Origin: a virus
IMG/VR virus record: IMGVR_UViG_3300045988_179014
Location: 96,001 to 160,000 of that record
Strand: one strand, 5' to 3'
DNA: 64,000 bases
Numbering within the stretch: position 1 is the first letter of the stretch; each line of letters begins with the position of its first letter. Position numbers and translations under genes: made by a program. Shown here piece by piece: positions 16,930-26,919 of the stretch. The notes under the pieces are model-generated. The model did no database searches, was not told the origin of the DNA, and saw nothing but the letters and a program-made list of their open reading frames with translations.

Positions 16930-18036
16930 TCAAGATTGGGGTTTTGAAACAATAATAACAATGTTTTCTTCACTCTTGCCAGTTTGTCCCACACCAGGAA
17001 CCACATGTGTTACTTGAGGGGAAGTAACTGTTGAACTTACCACTTCCACAGTCTTGATATGACGGAATCCTGCAACCGCTAAATCGGTTTGTGCTTGTTC
17101 CGCAGTTTTGCCAATCACATCAGGAACAGTAATTTCCTTGGACTCGAATGCTTTGGAAACAACAACCTGCACATCGCTTCCACTTTCCACCTCACCCGCT
17201 TTAGGAGTCTGTCCAATGACAATACCTGAAGGTTTTTCTGACTCTTCCTCGCTGAAAATAACGTTCAACCCAAGCTGTTCTGCTTCAGCAGTGACAAGTT
17301 CCTTGCTCTTACCTTCCCAGTCAGGCAGTGTAACCTTACCGTTGGAAACATTCAAAGTGACGGATGTTCCATTAGCTACTTCAGTACCCGGTTCGATGCT
17401 TGCGCTGACGACATTTCCGGCTGGAAGCCCTTTACCGTCCACTTCATTCACAGCCTCAACAGAAACATTCATCTCATACAATTTTGCTTTTGCTTCTTCC
17501 AACGGTACATTCACTAAATTCGGAAACTCTGATTTGGCAGGACCATTGGAATATTTCATGGTCACTGTTTCTCCAATTTTTGTTTTTGTACTTGGTTCTA
17601 TATTCTGCTCAACCAATGTTCCACGTGGTTTTTCATCATTAACCACCCATGTTACCTGACATTCCAGTTTGGCCTCTTTGAAAGGAGCACAAGCATCATC
17701 GTTGGAAGCAACTTTACTGATTGCTTGTGGGACATGCGTATAATTAGCATTATCATAAGCAAGATAGATGAAATAACCACCAATAAGCAACAGAAAAGCA
17801 ACAATAGTGCTAACAACAATGACCCATTTACGTTTCTTGGATACGGCAGCTTGAGAGTTGGTGGTTGATTCTTCAGAATTATTGTCCTGATTCACTGAAC
17901 AATCTTCTTTAGTTTTATTCGAATCATCATCAGTATCAAAAACTGATGTTTCAGAATCATCAGCTATTGTTTCCGAATTCTTCTCAACAACTGTATCCTT
18001 ATTGTCTTCAGTTGTGTCATTAGTGTTATCATTCAT
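16930..18036 (-). CDS. membrane protein with three or four extracellular PASTA domains and no kinase domain
   Basis: Short acidic N-terminus; TM segment WVIVVSTIVAFLLLIGGYFIYLAY; repeated PASTA-like modules (..VPDVIGKTAEQAQTDLAVAGF.., ..LPDWEGKSKELVTAEAEQLGL..). Confidence 0.65.
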   Translation of the reverse strand: MNDNTNDTTEDNKDTVVEKNSETIADDSETSVFDTDDDSNKTKEDCSVNQDNNSEESTTNSQAAVSKKRKWVIVVSTIVAFLLLIGGYFIYLAYDNANYTHVPQAISKVASNDDACAPFKEAKLECQVTWVVNDEKPRGTLVEQNIEPSTKTKIGETVTMKYSNGPAKSEFPNLVNVPLEEAKAKLYEMNVSVEAVNEVDGKGLPAGNVVSASIEPGTEVANGTSVTLNVSNGKVTLPDWEGKSKELVTAEAEQLGLNVIFSEEESEKPSGIVIGQTPKAGEVESGSDVQVVVSKAFESKEITVPDVIGKTAEQAQTDLAVAGFRHIKTVEVVSSTVTSPQVTHVVPGVGQTGKSEENIVIIVSKPQS

Positions 18037-18100
18037 ATTTTACTTGACCTTCCTTGTGTTTTCGTTTGTCATTGTAACAAGTTGACACAATGGCCCTATT

Positions 18101-19666
18101 TCATGTGTTGTCTTTCTTCTTATCCCGTTCACGACGGACATTCCCGGCTTCCTCTTCATCCCAATAACAAACTGCCAGCAAGGGATTTGTAAGAATTTGG
18201 CTATTGTCTTCTGGATTCTCTGCAAACTTTAATCGTGCTGCATATGCTCGACGTTTGACGTATCGTGAAATACGTTGAGAACGTGAAGACACCTGCAAAG
18301 CTTTCTCGTCATAACCTTCCAGCAGAATGTCATCAACACTACGGGCTCGTGAAAGCGCCACATACCCCAAACCAGGAGTGAAACAATTAGAAAGGTCCAC
18401 TTTAATGGCATCGAATGTTTGTCCTTGGGATTTGTGAACCGTGATTGCATACCCCAGTTTCAGTGGGAATTGATTAATCTGTGCTTCCAATTCATCCACT
18501 TCCACTATCTTGTTCTCTGGCGAAGTGGTAATTGTTTTCTTGCGATAAGCCTCATACACTAAACGCGTAATTCCAACAATGTTTCCATTGTTCAACTGCA
18601 CCTGTACTGAATCGTCAGATATGGAAATAATTTTTCCCACACTACCATTCGCGGCTACCATTTGTTCCATGGCCGCATCATAGTAGTTAGCGGTAACAAT
18701 AACAGTGGCATCAATTTTCAATTCCAAGACTTCTGGAATATTGCGTGTTTTAATCATTTTGTCAACGGCGTCAGTATTGCCGAAAATCTTCTGAACATGA
18801 AACACTTTCAATGGGTTTTGGTTTGATGCCAGCTGTTCTTCATTGTATTTGTTCACATTTTTGTTGGTGGTGAACAGAGTAGTATACGTTTTGTTTGTAT
18901 CAGGTGTATTTGTTCGACAGTCTTCCAGAATATGGTAACTCTGCTCATCCATTTCACCACGTTCAATGGTGCGAAGTAAATGCAACAAGCGTTTATCCGC
19001 TGTACGTCGCACCTTGTCCATGTATGCATATTGGATGTTTCCGTTCTTCCAAGCATTTGAACAAATCGCTGGTTGGTAATTCGCAGTATTTGTTCTATTT
19101 CGTGGAGCAACTGGAGGAAGTTGAAGAAAATCCCCCAAAAGAACTACTTGAATACCACCAAAAGGTTCATCATTTTTACGAATTGTTTTACACACTCGGT
19201 CGATGTTGTCCAAGTAATAAGCCGGCAGCATTGAAATTTCATCAATAATTAATACATCCGTATATTTAATACGAGTTCTCGCGGCATAGCTGATACGGTC
19301 CTTTGTGGTGAATTCTTTGTCAAGAATACCCAACCCAGACCATGAATGAACAGTACGTCCATCAATCAATGCAGCTGCCAATCCTGTAGAAGCAGTAACA
19401 GCAACAGAAAAACGACCCTCAAATTTTGCATCCAACAGTTTGATGAATTGTTGGACAATGTGTGTTTTCCCAGAACCAGCTGGACCTGAGATGAACAAAT
19501 TCTCGCGTTGCAGTAATCGAGCCAATACCTCAACTTGACTGGAACACATACAATCATTCATAGCATCAGTTGGGGTTTCGTAGCCAATGAACGGGTCGGC
19601 CTCGAAAGCCTCCAATGTTTCCCGTCGTTTTTTCTGAGCACGTTCAACAGCTGACATCCGTGCCAT
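18101..19666 (-). CDS. PIF1/RecD-family helicase
   Basis: Walker A ISGPAGSGKTHIV; AAA_30/UvrD_C-like layout. Confidence 0.7.
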   Translation of the reverse strand: MARMSAVERAQKKRRETLEAFEADPFIGYETPTDAMNDCMCSSQVEVLARLLQRENLFISGPAGSGKTHIVQQFIKLLDAKFEGRFSVAVTASTGLAAALIDGRTVHSWSGLGILDKEFTTKDRISYAARTRIKYTDVLIIDEISMLPAYYLDNIDRVCKTIRKNDEPFGGIQVVLLGDFLQLPPVAPRNRTNTANYQPAICSNAWKNGNIQYAYMDKVRRTADKRLLHLLRTIERGEMDEQSYHILEDCRTNTPDTNKTYTTLFTTNKNVNKYNEEQLASNQNPLKVFHVQKIFGNTDAVDKMIKTRNIPEVLELKIDATVIVTANYYDAAMEQMVAANGSVGKIISISDDSVQVQLNNGNIVGITRLVYEAYRKKTITTSPENKIVEVDELEAQINQFPLKLGYAITVHKSQGQTFDAIKVDLSNCFTPGLGYVALSRARSVDDILLEGYDEKALQVSSRSQRISRYVKRRAYAARLKFAENPEDNSQILTNPLLAVCYWDEEEAGNVRRERDKKKDNT

Positions 19667-19673
19667 ACGATTC

Positions 19674-20630
19674 TCACTTCCTTACCTGTTTGGCAATCTG
19701 CACAAGCAGAAGTTCCATTGTAACAGAATCATCCGCCTGAGACCCACCCTTCAAATCAGTTTCAGCTTGTGCTATTAATTCTGTTAACTTTTGACAAATG
19801 CTTAATCCTAATTGTCGTGACATGTTCTGTGCCAATTTGAGTGCATAACTGTTGGAAACAGATAGGACAGCAGACAATTGTGCTCTATCAGTGATGCCGT
19901 GAAAGTGCTCCAAAGCAGCTATTCGCCACATCAATTGTATCTTATTGCGTAAAACAGATAACACCACCAAAGGATGACTGTGTAAAATGATTCTGCGATA
20001 AACACTTATTGTTTCAGGTACATCGCCTTGCATCAAAGGTTTCTCGATTTCCCAAGGTGGAATGGACCCTGGAGGTTGCGGCAGACGAATCATCAAATCT
20101 GCTACCGTAATCATGGATTGCTGTTTAGGAGTCAATGTTTCCAGTGACCGTAACAAAGAAAGCAAACTGTCATAATCTTCTGCAACATAATCTTCCAAGA
20201 AGCGTTTTTCACTACGTCCAAGAGATAGATTTGACAGCAATTTAGTGGTTACACTTGATTTGTCTTTGGATGATTCTTTGGCCAGTATGACACGGCCACC
20301 CAAATGATTGACGATTTGTTCCAATTTCTTTGTTGAGTTACGATTGGCCCCTGAAACCAGAACCAACCCATACCGTAATTTATGATTCAATTCATTCTTT
20401 GATGATGATTCCAAATCTTTGACCAATTTTTTGATTGTACTGATGTCATCCAATTCCATAACAGCTGTAGGCGGGTTTCCGAAAATGGTTTCTTGTCCCA
20501 CTTCGTCCAATGAATTCACTCGCTGAACATCAGTATCAGATTGCCATTGTTTCAAAATGCTCGCACGCTGAAAATCTCGGAAAGCAGACGATTTGTCCAA
20601 GATTAACGCCAATTTCATTCCGCACCTCAA
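19674..20630 (-). CDS. hypothetical; possible DNA polymerase III delta (HolA)-like clamp-loader subunit
   Basis: Length and C-terminal ..GGSQADDSVTMELLLVQIAK.. resemble HolA domain III. Weak. Confidence 0.35.
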   Translation of the reverse strand: MRCGMKLALILDKSSAFRDFQRASILKQWQSDTDVQRVNSLDEVGQETIFGNPPTAVMELDDISTIKKLVKDLESSSKNELNHKLRYGLVLVSGANRNSTKKLEQIVNHLGGRVILAKESSKDKSSVTTKLLSNLSLGRSEKRFLEDYVAEDYDSLLSLLRSLETLTPKQQSMITVADLMIRLPQPPGSIPPWEIEKPLMQGDVPETISVYRRIILHSHPLVVLSVLRNKIQLMWRIAALEHFHGITDRAQLSAVLSVSNSYALKLAQNMSRQLGLSICQKLTELIAQAETDLKGGSQADDSVTMELLLVQIAKQVRK

Positions 20631-21184
20631 AATCGAAAAACGATGGTACCATGGTCAACAACATCATACTTGGGAATAAAAATTTTATCCATGTTTCCGT
20701 CACAGAAAATACGACGCGAATCCAAACTGTGACTTGCATTGTCACCCATGACGAACAATTCCTCCCCAGTCAATGTGTGCTCATATCCTGTTTGTCCTTT
20801 AGCGCATTCGTAATTGTCTTGCTCCAGTTCATATACTGTTTCCCCATTTACCATGAATGCTTTCCCATCAAATGCGAGTGTGTCTCCAGGTATTGCTGTG
20901 ATGCGTTTTATCAAATTGGTGTCACGCTCCACATATGAATCCCACGAATTTGGTTTCTTGAATACAACAATTTGTCCACGGGAAACATAATCCGATTGCT
21001 TCAATACAATACTGTCCCCATGATGCAAAGTTGGTTCCATTGACCGTCCAGAGACGGCAAAAACAGAAATCCTAGCTATCATCAACACAACAAAAAACAA
21101 AACCGCAAGTATGGTTACTGCAACAACAAGACCTATACCAATTTTTATGATTCGTTTACCCAAATCTCTACTTGCCAAGTCCAT
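20627..21184 (-). CDS. lepB: signal peptidase I (S26 family)
   Basis: TM anchor; catalytic Ser box SGRSMEPTL; later Lys-box region. Confidence 0.75.
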   Translation of the reverse strand: MDLASRDLGKRIIKIGIGLVVAVTILAVLFFVVLMIARISVFAVSGRSMEPTLHHGDSIVLKQSDYVSRGQIVVFKKPNSWDSYVERDTNLIKRITAIPGDTLAFDGKAFMVNGETVYELEQDNYECAKGQTGYEHTLTGEELFVMGDNASHSLDSRRIFCDGNMDKIFIPKYDVVDHGTIVFRF

Positions 21185-21189
21185 TGTTG

Positions 21190-21672
21190 TTACTCCATTT
21201 TCATTTGTTGACGGAGATTGTTTCCCAATGTTTGGAGGGTCTGCAATTCCAATCGTAAAGTGTTGCTCAGTCGTGTCAGTTCCAGTCGTGCTTGTTCATA
21301 AATGAAAGCATCATTCTCCAGATTTTCACAACGTAAATCCGCTTGAGCTTTACGCAATGCTTCGGTTTTACCGCTGGCCGACATGTATTCGCGACGATGT
21401 TGACGTGCATATTTGGCTTTTGCTCGTTTTTCATGACGTTCGAAAGTATTGATATCATCCATCACCCGAAACAACGCCAGACGCGCCTGCTGAATGGACG
21501 AATTGAGTTCTTCCAGCGATTCATAATCAGTTACCTGATTGTCGTAGTCATAGTATCGAGATGTCTTCCAAACACGAAAATTTGGAAGATTCATTTTAAC
21601 AGCTTCATCAACTGTCTTGGCGCCTTGCTCCTCGAAAAGGTCATTGTCATCATTCAAAGCCGAATCGTCCAT
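21190..21672 (-). CDS. hypothetical coiled-coil protein
   Basis: 160-aa ORF, charged and helical. Confidence 0.4.
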   Translation of the reverse strand: MDDSALNDDNDLFEEQGAKTVDEAVKMNLPNFRVWKTSRYYDYDNQVTDYESLEELNSSIQQARLALFRVMDDINTFERHEKRAKAKYARQHRREYMSASGKTEALRKAQADLRCENLENDAFIYEQARLELTRLSNTLRLELQTLQTLGNNLRQQMKME

Positions 21673-21890
21673 TTTATGACCTTAACTCCTACGCTATAAT
21701 CGCTTTCTGTAACGCCCCTGAATAAGCTTGGTAAAACCTAGCTGATTTGGGGCATTTGTTTCAACTTACCATGAGATTTTACCAAATCCGATGTTTGCGA
21801 TACATGCATCAGGAAACACAAAAACCAAGCTCAAAAGGCTTCCTGTAACGTCAAGTATTCTTACACAGTATTTCTGTACACAACACAAGG

Positions 21891-23792
21891 TCATGAATCC
21901 AGCATCTTCACCCAACGAGTCTTACCCGAATCCCAAACTTTGCTCAAACCGTTCAATTCCACCAATTCGGATTCGGTCAAACCATCTTGCCACAATAATT
22001 CCGGGTCTTTCATGAAACGTTGTTTACGAAACACAAACTTGTGGTATCTACAATTCTTCCAAACATACTTGTAATCTGGTGGCAATTCTCTGTCCAGTGT
22101 GAATCCATTGGAAACATACACAGTACCATCACTGACTTCATGGTCTGAGAAAGAAACAATCCGATGAACACCTGATAATTGAACAACAGCATATTTCAGC
22201 AATTTACTGAAACCACCAGGAACAGACACGGAAGTGGCGAAACGTTCCAATACAGCAGTCTCATTTTGCAGAGAAAATGACATAACCGCCACCAACGAAT
22301 TGGTCTCATCCACTAAACCAAAAGACCTGGTAAAATCCTTGAAACCCTGAATATGGTACGAATTCAAAAATTCACGAACCACATTCTTGTCAGGAATCAC
22401 ACCAACCGTTTTACGCGCCATGACACGACTGACACTCAACCCTAATTTGTGTCGTATCATAGATTTGACGATAGAAGAACGATAACACCAATCATCCTCC
22501 CAAATCTGCAATAATTGGACCTGTTTGTCATGACACTGTTTCCACTTGTTGTAATGATACTGACGAGGATTGGGACGTCCAGCTTCACGCATCACATTTT
22601 CTTGATGCCAATACACGCCATTCACTTCAATGGCCAAATGCTTGGATGGTATATAAACATCCAGCTCATATGGCGCAATAAGTGAACGGTCATGTCGCAC
22701 CACGGATTCAGACCCCACTAAACCTTCCACGAACTTTGCAATCTCCAACTCGCTCACTGATGCATTGGACCTGCATTGTCGACAACCACTGTAGCGACGT
22801 GAATAAACTGCCGCTTTCCAAGAATGTCCTTTTTGGCAACGCCACCAGACTTTTCGAGATGATTGAACTGTAACCATTTCTGGTCCATTACCATTCAAAA
22901 CCTCATCCCACTCACATGCAAGGTCAGGAGAAACTGTTTTCAAATCATTGAATCCCACCAAAACCCTAGTGTTTGAATTTGAACAATAAGGACAACCTGT
23001 GGATTGACGATGAGCCACTGATGCTTCCCAAGAATGTCCTCGGAAACACTGCCACCAATATTTGTTAGCTGTTCCATAAAGAACTTCGGATGGCGTCACC
23101 AACCCATTCTTTGATGGATGCCATTCCTGTGTCAGCTGCGGATTGACAGTAGCCAAATCGTTGAACCCGAACCATACTTTCCGATTAGCGCAATACGGAC
23201 ACCCTTGTCGTCTTTGACTTCGTTTAATTATGGATGCTTCCCACTCATGGTTGTTCACACACTTCCACCACACCTTTTTGGAACTGGTGTACAAAACCTC
23301 ACATAGTGATTCAAGATTTTTCACATTCCATTCCGGAACCAACTCTGGATTACAACTGGCCAAATCGTTGAAACCAGATAGAACCTTCCTGTTGGCACAA
23401 TAAGGACAACCTTGATTCCGTGTTGTACGATACTTGACTTTGGCTTCCCAAATATGACCCAAAACACATCGCCATGTGAATACTTGTGAACTGGTAGCAA
23501 GAATAGAACTTGTATCAGGTGTGTTCACGTCCATGATTAATTCTGCTGCTATTTGTGGGAACTGTGACTTCAAATCATTGAACCCAGCAAGCACTTTCCG
23601 ATTCGCACAATAAGGGCAACCACTGTGTCGATTGGATTTGTTGTTGACAGATGATTCATAAGAATGCCCTAATGAACACAACCAATACGCTTTGATGGAG
23701 GAACCTTGTGGAAGATGGTCAGGATTCAAATGAGAATTACGTTTCCAGCCCCATTCACTCATAAGTAACGGAGAATCTGATACATTCCGCAT
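21891..23792 (-). CDS. modular nuclease, probable homing endonuclease: ~9 zinc-ribbon repeats (DUF4379-like) + DUF559/Vsr-like PD-(D/E)xK + conserved C-terminal domain
   Basis: Repeats of W.C..GH.W.A.V..R.....GCPYC.N..V..GFNDL; then YELDVYIPSKHLAIEVNGVYWH; then the QIWEDDW...HIQG...VWDSGKTRW domain shared with the two paralogs. Confidence 0.65.
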   Translation of the reverse strand: MRNVSDSPLLMSEWGWKRNSHLNPDHLPQGSSIKAYWLCSLGHSYESSVNNKSNRHSGCPYCANRKVLAGFNDLKSQFPQIAAELIMDVNTPDTSSILATSSQVFTWRCVLGHIWEAKVKYRTTRNQGCPYCANRKVLSGFNDLASCNPELVPEWNVKNLESLCEVLYTSSKKVWWKCVNNHEWEASIIKRSQRRQGCPYCANRKVWFGFNDLATVNPQLTQEWHPSKNGLVTPSEVLYGTANKYWWQCFRGHSWEASVAHRQSTGCPYCSNSNTRVLVGFNDLKTVSPDLACEWDEVLNGNGPEMVTVQSSRKVWWRCQKGHSWKAAVYSRRYSGCRQCRSNASVSELEIAKFVEGLVGSESVVRHDRSLIAPYELDVYIPSKHLAIEVNGVYWHQENVMREAGRPNPRQYHYNKWKQCHDKQVQLLQIWEDDWCYRSSIVKSMIRHKLGLSVSRVMARKTVGVIPDKNVVREFLNSYHIQGFKDFTRSFGLVDETNSLVAVMSFSLQNETAVLERFATSVSVPGGFSKLLKYAVVQLSGVHRIVSFSDHEVSDGTVYVSNGFTLDRELPPDYKYVWKNCRYHKFVFRKQRFMKDPELLWQDGLTESELVELNGLSKVWDSGKTRWVKMLDS

Positions 23793-23820
23793 TCATCCAC
23801 CTTCCATTTGTGTTCAGTGT

Positions 23821-23866
23821 ATCCAAAAACCCAGAAGCCGTAATGAAAAAAACAACTTCTGGGTTT
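23821..23866 (-). terminator. rho-independent terminator after nrdE
   Basis: Perfect 11-bp stem aaacccagaag/cttctgggttt, followed on the minus strand by UUUUUU. Confidence 0.7.
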
Positions 23867-23892
23867 CAGGAATGTTTTAGTGTGTCATTGTT

Positions 23893-26067
23893 TTACAGTT
23901 GACATGATTCACAGTATTCAGCAGCAGTTCCCTCGATTTGAGTACCTGCTAAAGCTCGTTGTTTGATACGAGTGTAATAAAGGGTTTTGCATCCAGCTCT
24001 CCACGCTTTGATGTAGGCGCGATTCAGGTCTCTTGTGGTGGCTGTGTCAGGGAAAAACAGTGTTAGGGACAATCCTTGGTCCACATGTTGGGTAGCAGCT
24101 GCATATACGGCAATAATCGCGTCTGGGCCTATCTTGTATGCATCTCTATAGTATGGAATGGTGTCATCACTGAGATAAGGCGCAGGATAATACACGCGAC
24201 CAAGTTTGCCTTCTTTTCTAATCTCGACAGGTGCGGAAACAGGGTGGATTGAACTGGTGCTGTTATTGATGTATGAGATGCTTCCAGTTGGCGGTACTGC
24301 TTGCAAATTCTGGTGGTATAGTCCATGTGTTTTCACGTCTTCCGCCAACTGTATCCAATCCTGTGGTTTTGGAATATAAATACTGGACCGATGGAACAGG
24401 TTACGTACCTTTTCTGTCTCAGGTTGTGACCAATCCTTGTCAATGTATTTCTGGAAGAACTCACCAGAAGCGTATTTCGAGTCCTCAAACCCATCAAAAG
24501 TTTCACCACGTTCTTTAGCAATTTTGTTGGATGCTCGTAATGCTTGATACAGAACTGCGTAAAAGTAAATATTGGTGAAATCCACTGCTTCAGGGGAGTC
24601 GTAATGAATGTGTTCTCTGGCTAGGAATCCGTGAAGATTCATTTGTCCCAACCCAATGGCATGTGAACGCTTATTCCCGGATTCAATTGAAGGCACTGAT
24701 GCAATATTGGACAAATCTGACACTGAGGTCAATGCACGTACAGCTGTTTCCACTGTTCTGGCAAAATTGGGGGAATCGAAAGACAACGCAATATTCATGG
24801 AACCGAGATTACATGAGATGTCTTTTCCAACATGTTTGTAATTCATGTTTTCATGATATGTGGACGCTTCAGAGACCTGTAGAATCTCTGAACACAAATT
24901 GGACATGTTGATGCGCCCTTTAATCGGATTTGTACGATTGGCGGTATCTTCAAACAATATGTATGGGTAACCAGATTCAAATTGGATTTCTGCAATGGTT
25001 TGGAAGAACTGGCGTGCTTTTACTTTGCTTTTTCGGATTCTGTTGTCATTTACCATCTCATGATACTTTTCAGTAATGGAAATGTCTGACAGAGGGATTC
25101 CGTATACTCGTTCCACATCATATGGAGAAAACAGATACATGTCATCATTGTTTTTAGCGAGTTCGAAAGTAATGTCTGGAATCACTACGCCCAAAGAGAG
25201 GGTTTTGATACGAATTTTTTCGTCGGCATTTTCGCGTTTGGTGTCAAGGAAACGCATGATGTCTGGATGATGAGCGTTGAGATATACTGCTCCTGCTCCT
25301 TGACGTGCACCCAACTGATTGGCGTAAGAGAATGCATCCTCCAAAAGTTTCATCACAGGTATGACTCCACTGGACTGATTCTCGATTTGTTTGATAGGTG
25401 CTCCCTGTTCACGCAGGTTTGTCAAGTTGAGAGCCACACCACCACCGCGTTTCGATAATTGCAGGGATGAGCTGATACCACGTGCGATGGATTCCATGTT
25501 GTCCTCAAGCCGCATCAGGAAACAGCTAACCAGTTCCCCTCGTTGTGCACGTCCAGCATTGAGAAAAGTTGGTGTTGCAGGTTGGAAACGTCCAGTCATT
25601 ATTTCATCCAGGATTGTTTCAGCCAGTTTTTCGTCACCATGAGCCAAGTAGAGTGATACCATGGTCACACGGTCCTCAAAACGCTCCAAGTAACGTTTTC
25701 CGTTGAAGGTTTTCAGGGTGTATGCTGAATAATATTTGAAAGCGCCAAGGAAACTCTGGAAGCGGAATTTGAACGCATACGCTCTCTTGTACAGGGACTT
25801 CACAAAATCAAAAGCGTATTGTTCTATCACATCTTCTTCATAGTATCCATTGTCAACCAAATACTCCAGTTTTTCTTCCAAATCGTGAAAATACACTGTG
25901 TTCTGGTTGACATGCTGGAGAAAGAATTGACGGGCGGCTTGACGGTCAGCATCCACTTGTAGACGACCATCACTCCCAACCAAGTTAAGTTTGGCGTTCA
26001 ATGCATGATAGTCCATTTCGGGGGTGCTGGTTTCGTCATAGTCAATGGCATTATTGGGTGCTGACAT
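23893..26067 (-). CDS. nrdE: class I ribonucleotide reductase large subunit (NrdE-like, no ATP cone)
   Basis: Active-site SNLCSEI; C-terminal Cys pair ..YCESCQL; overall R1 length. Confidence 0.85.
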   Translation of the reverse strand: MSAPNNAIDYDETSTPEMDYHALNAKLNLVGSDGRLQVDADRQAARQFFLQHVNQNTVYFHDLEEKLEYLVDNGYYEEDVIEQYAFDFVKSLYKRAYAFKFRFQSFLGAFKYYSAYTLKTFNGKRYLERFEDRVTMVSLYLAHGDEKLAETILDEIMTGRFQPATPTFLNAGRAQRGELVSCFLMRLEDNMESIARGISSSLQLSKRGGGVALNLTNLREQGAPIKQIENQSSGVIPVMKLLEDAFSYANQLGARQGAGAVYLNAHHPDIMRFLDTKRENADEKIRIKTLSLGVVIPDITFELAKNNDDMYLFSPYDVERVYGIPLSDISITEKYHEMVNDNRIRKSKVKARQFFQTIAEIQFESGYPYILFEDTANRTNPIKGRINMSNLCSEILQVSEASTYHENMNYKHVGKDISCNLGSMNIALSFDSPNFARTVETAVRALTSVSDLSNIASVPSIESGNKRSHAIGLGQMNLHGFLAREHIHYDSPEAVDFTNIYFYAVLYQALRASNKIAKERGETFDGFEDSKYASGEFFQKYIDKDWSQPETEKVRNLFHRSSIYIPKPQDWIQLAEDVKTHGLYHQNLQAVPPTGSISYINNSTSSIHPVSAPVEIRKEGKLGRVYYPAPYLSDDTIPYYRDAYKIGPDAIIAVYAAATQHVDQGLSLTLFFPDTATTRDLNRAYIKAWRAGCKTLYYTRIKQRALAGTQIEGTAAEYCESCQL

Positions 26068-26307
26068 TGGTGAGTGCTCCTTAAATGTTTAATGTGGTTC
26101 CGGTTTTTCTAACACAACATTTGATAACCAGAAAAACCCGAGAACGGCAGATTCTACTTGGTTTATTTCAAAAGTCGAATATTACGAAATTGGTTGGTTC
26201 GTTAAAAATCTACACAATGAGAACAGTAGATGTATTTATCACTGTATCAACTTTGGCGAGAGTGATTCATGTCATAAAACAGGTAATGTTGAAGCTCGTC
26301 CAATGTC

Positions 26308-26919
26308 TCAATCTTCACTGTCGTCATCAATGGGGTCAAGTCCTAAACGCTCCCGACGACGATTTTCCCGATTACGCTCTTTAGCTCTTTGAGCAGCTTG
26401 GCGCGCTTCCTCGCGTAGTCTGAGTTCTCGTTCAAATCGAGTGTCTCTTACATCTGGAATATTCAATTCTTCACGTGCTGCTTCGTCTTTGGTGGTGCGC
26501 ATGAAAGCGAACAATGCTATCACAATAACTACGAAAATGGATGAAATAATGGTGTATCCAATACGGTATCCATTAGCGTACAAGACAACAACCATGATAG
26601 CCGCTACAACCGCTGAAACACGTCTACGCCAAGTTGGGGAGAGACGCAAACGGTATGGTATCCAGTTAGGGTCACCAGATGTTTTCGCGTAATGCAAAAA
26701 CAGGCTCACAGCATATCCAAAAATAAACATTGTGACAGAATATGGAAGCAGGAATCCACTTCGAACCAGATTTCCCCAACCCCCAAATGGTAAGAAAGCA
26801 TCCAATAGAATTGCTATCACAGTACCCAGAACAGTACCTATACCGGACCACAGGAAAAGACGACGTGGTTGTTGGTTGTACTCACGGCGAATACGAACCA
26901 AGAATTTGCGGAACAACAT
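26308..26919 (-). CDS. four-TM membrane protein with charged C-terminal tail
   Basis: Hydrophobic helices; Arg/Glu-rich C-terminus. Confidence 0.45.
   Translation of the reverse strand: MLFRKFLVRIRREYNQQPRRLFLWSGIGTVLGTVIAILLDAFLPFGGWGNLVRSGFLLPYSVTMFIFGYAVSLFLHYAKTSGDPNWIPYRLRLSPTWRRRVSAVVAAIMVVVLYANGYRIGYTIISSIFVVIVIALFAFMRTTKDEAAREELNIPDVRDTRFERELRLREEARQAAQRAKERNRENRRRERLGLDPIDDDSED

Noticed and set aside
26068-26307. Searched the 240-nt region upstream of nrdE for an NrdR-box-like palindrome
   Set aside because: No convincing 16-bp palindrome of the acaCwAtATaTwGtgt type was seen by eye. It cannot be excluded without a motif scan.
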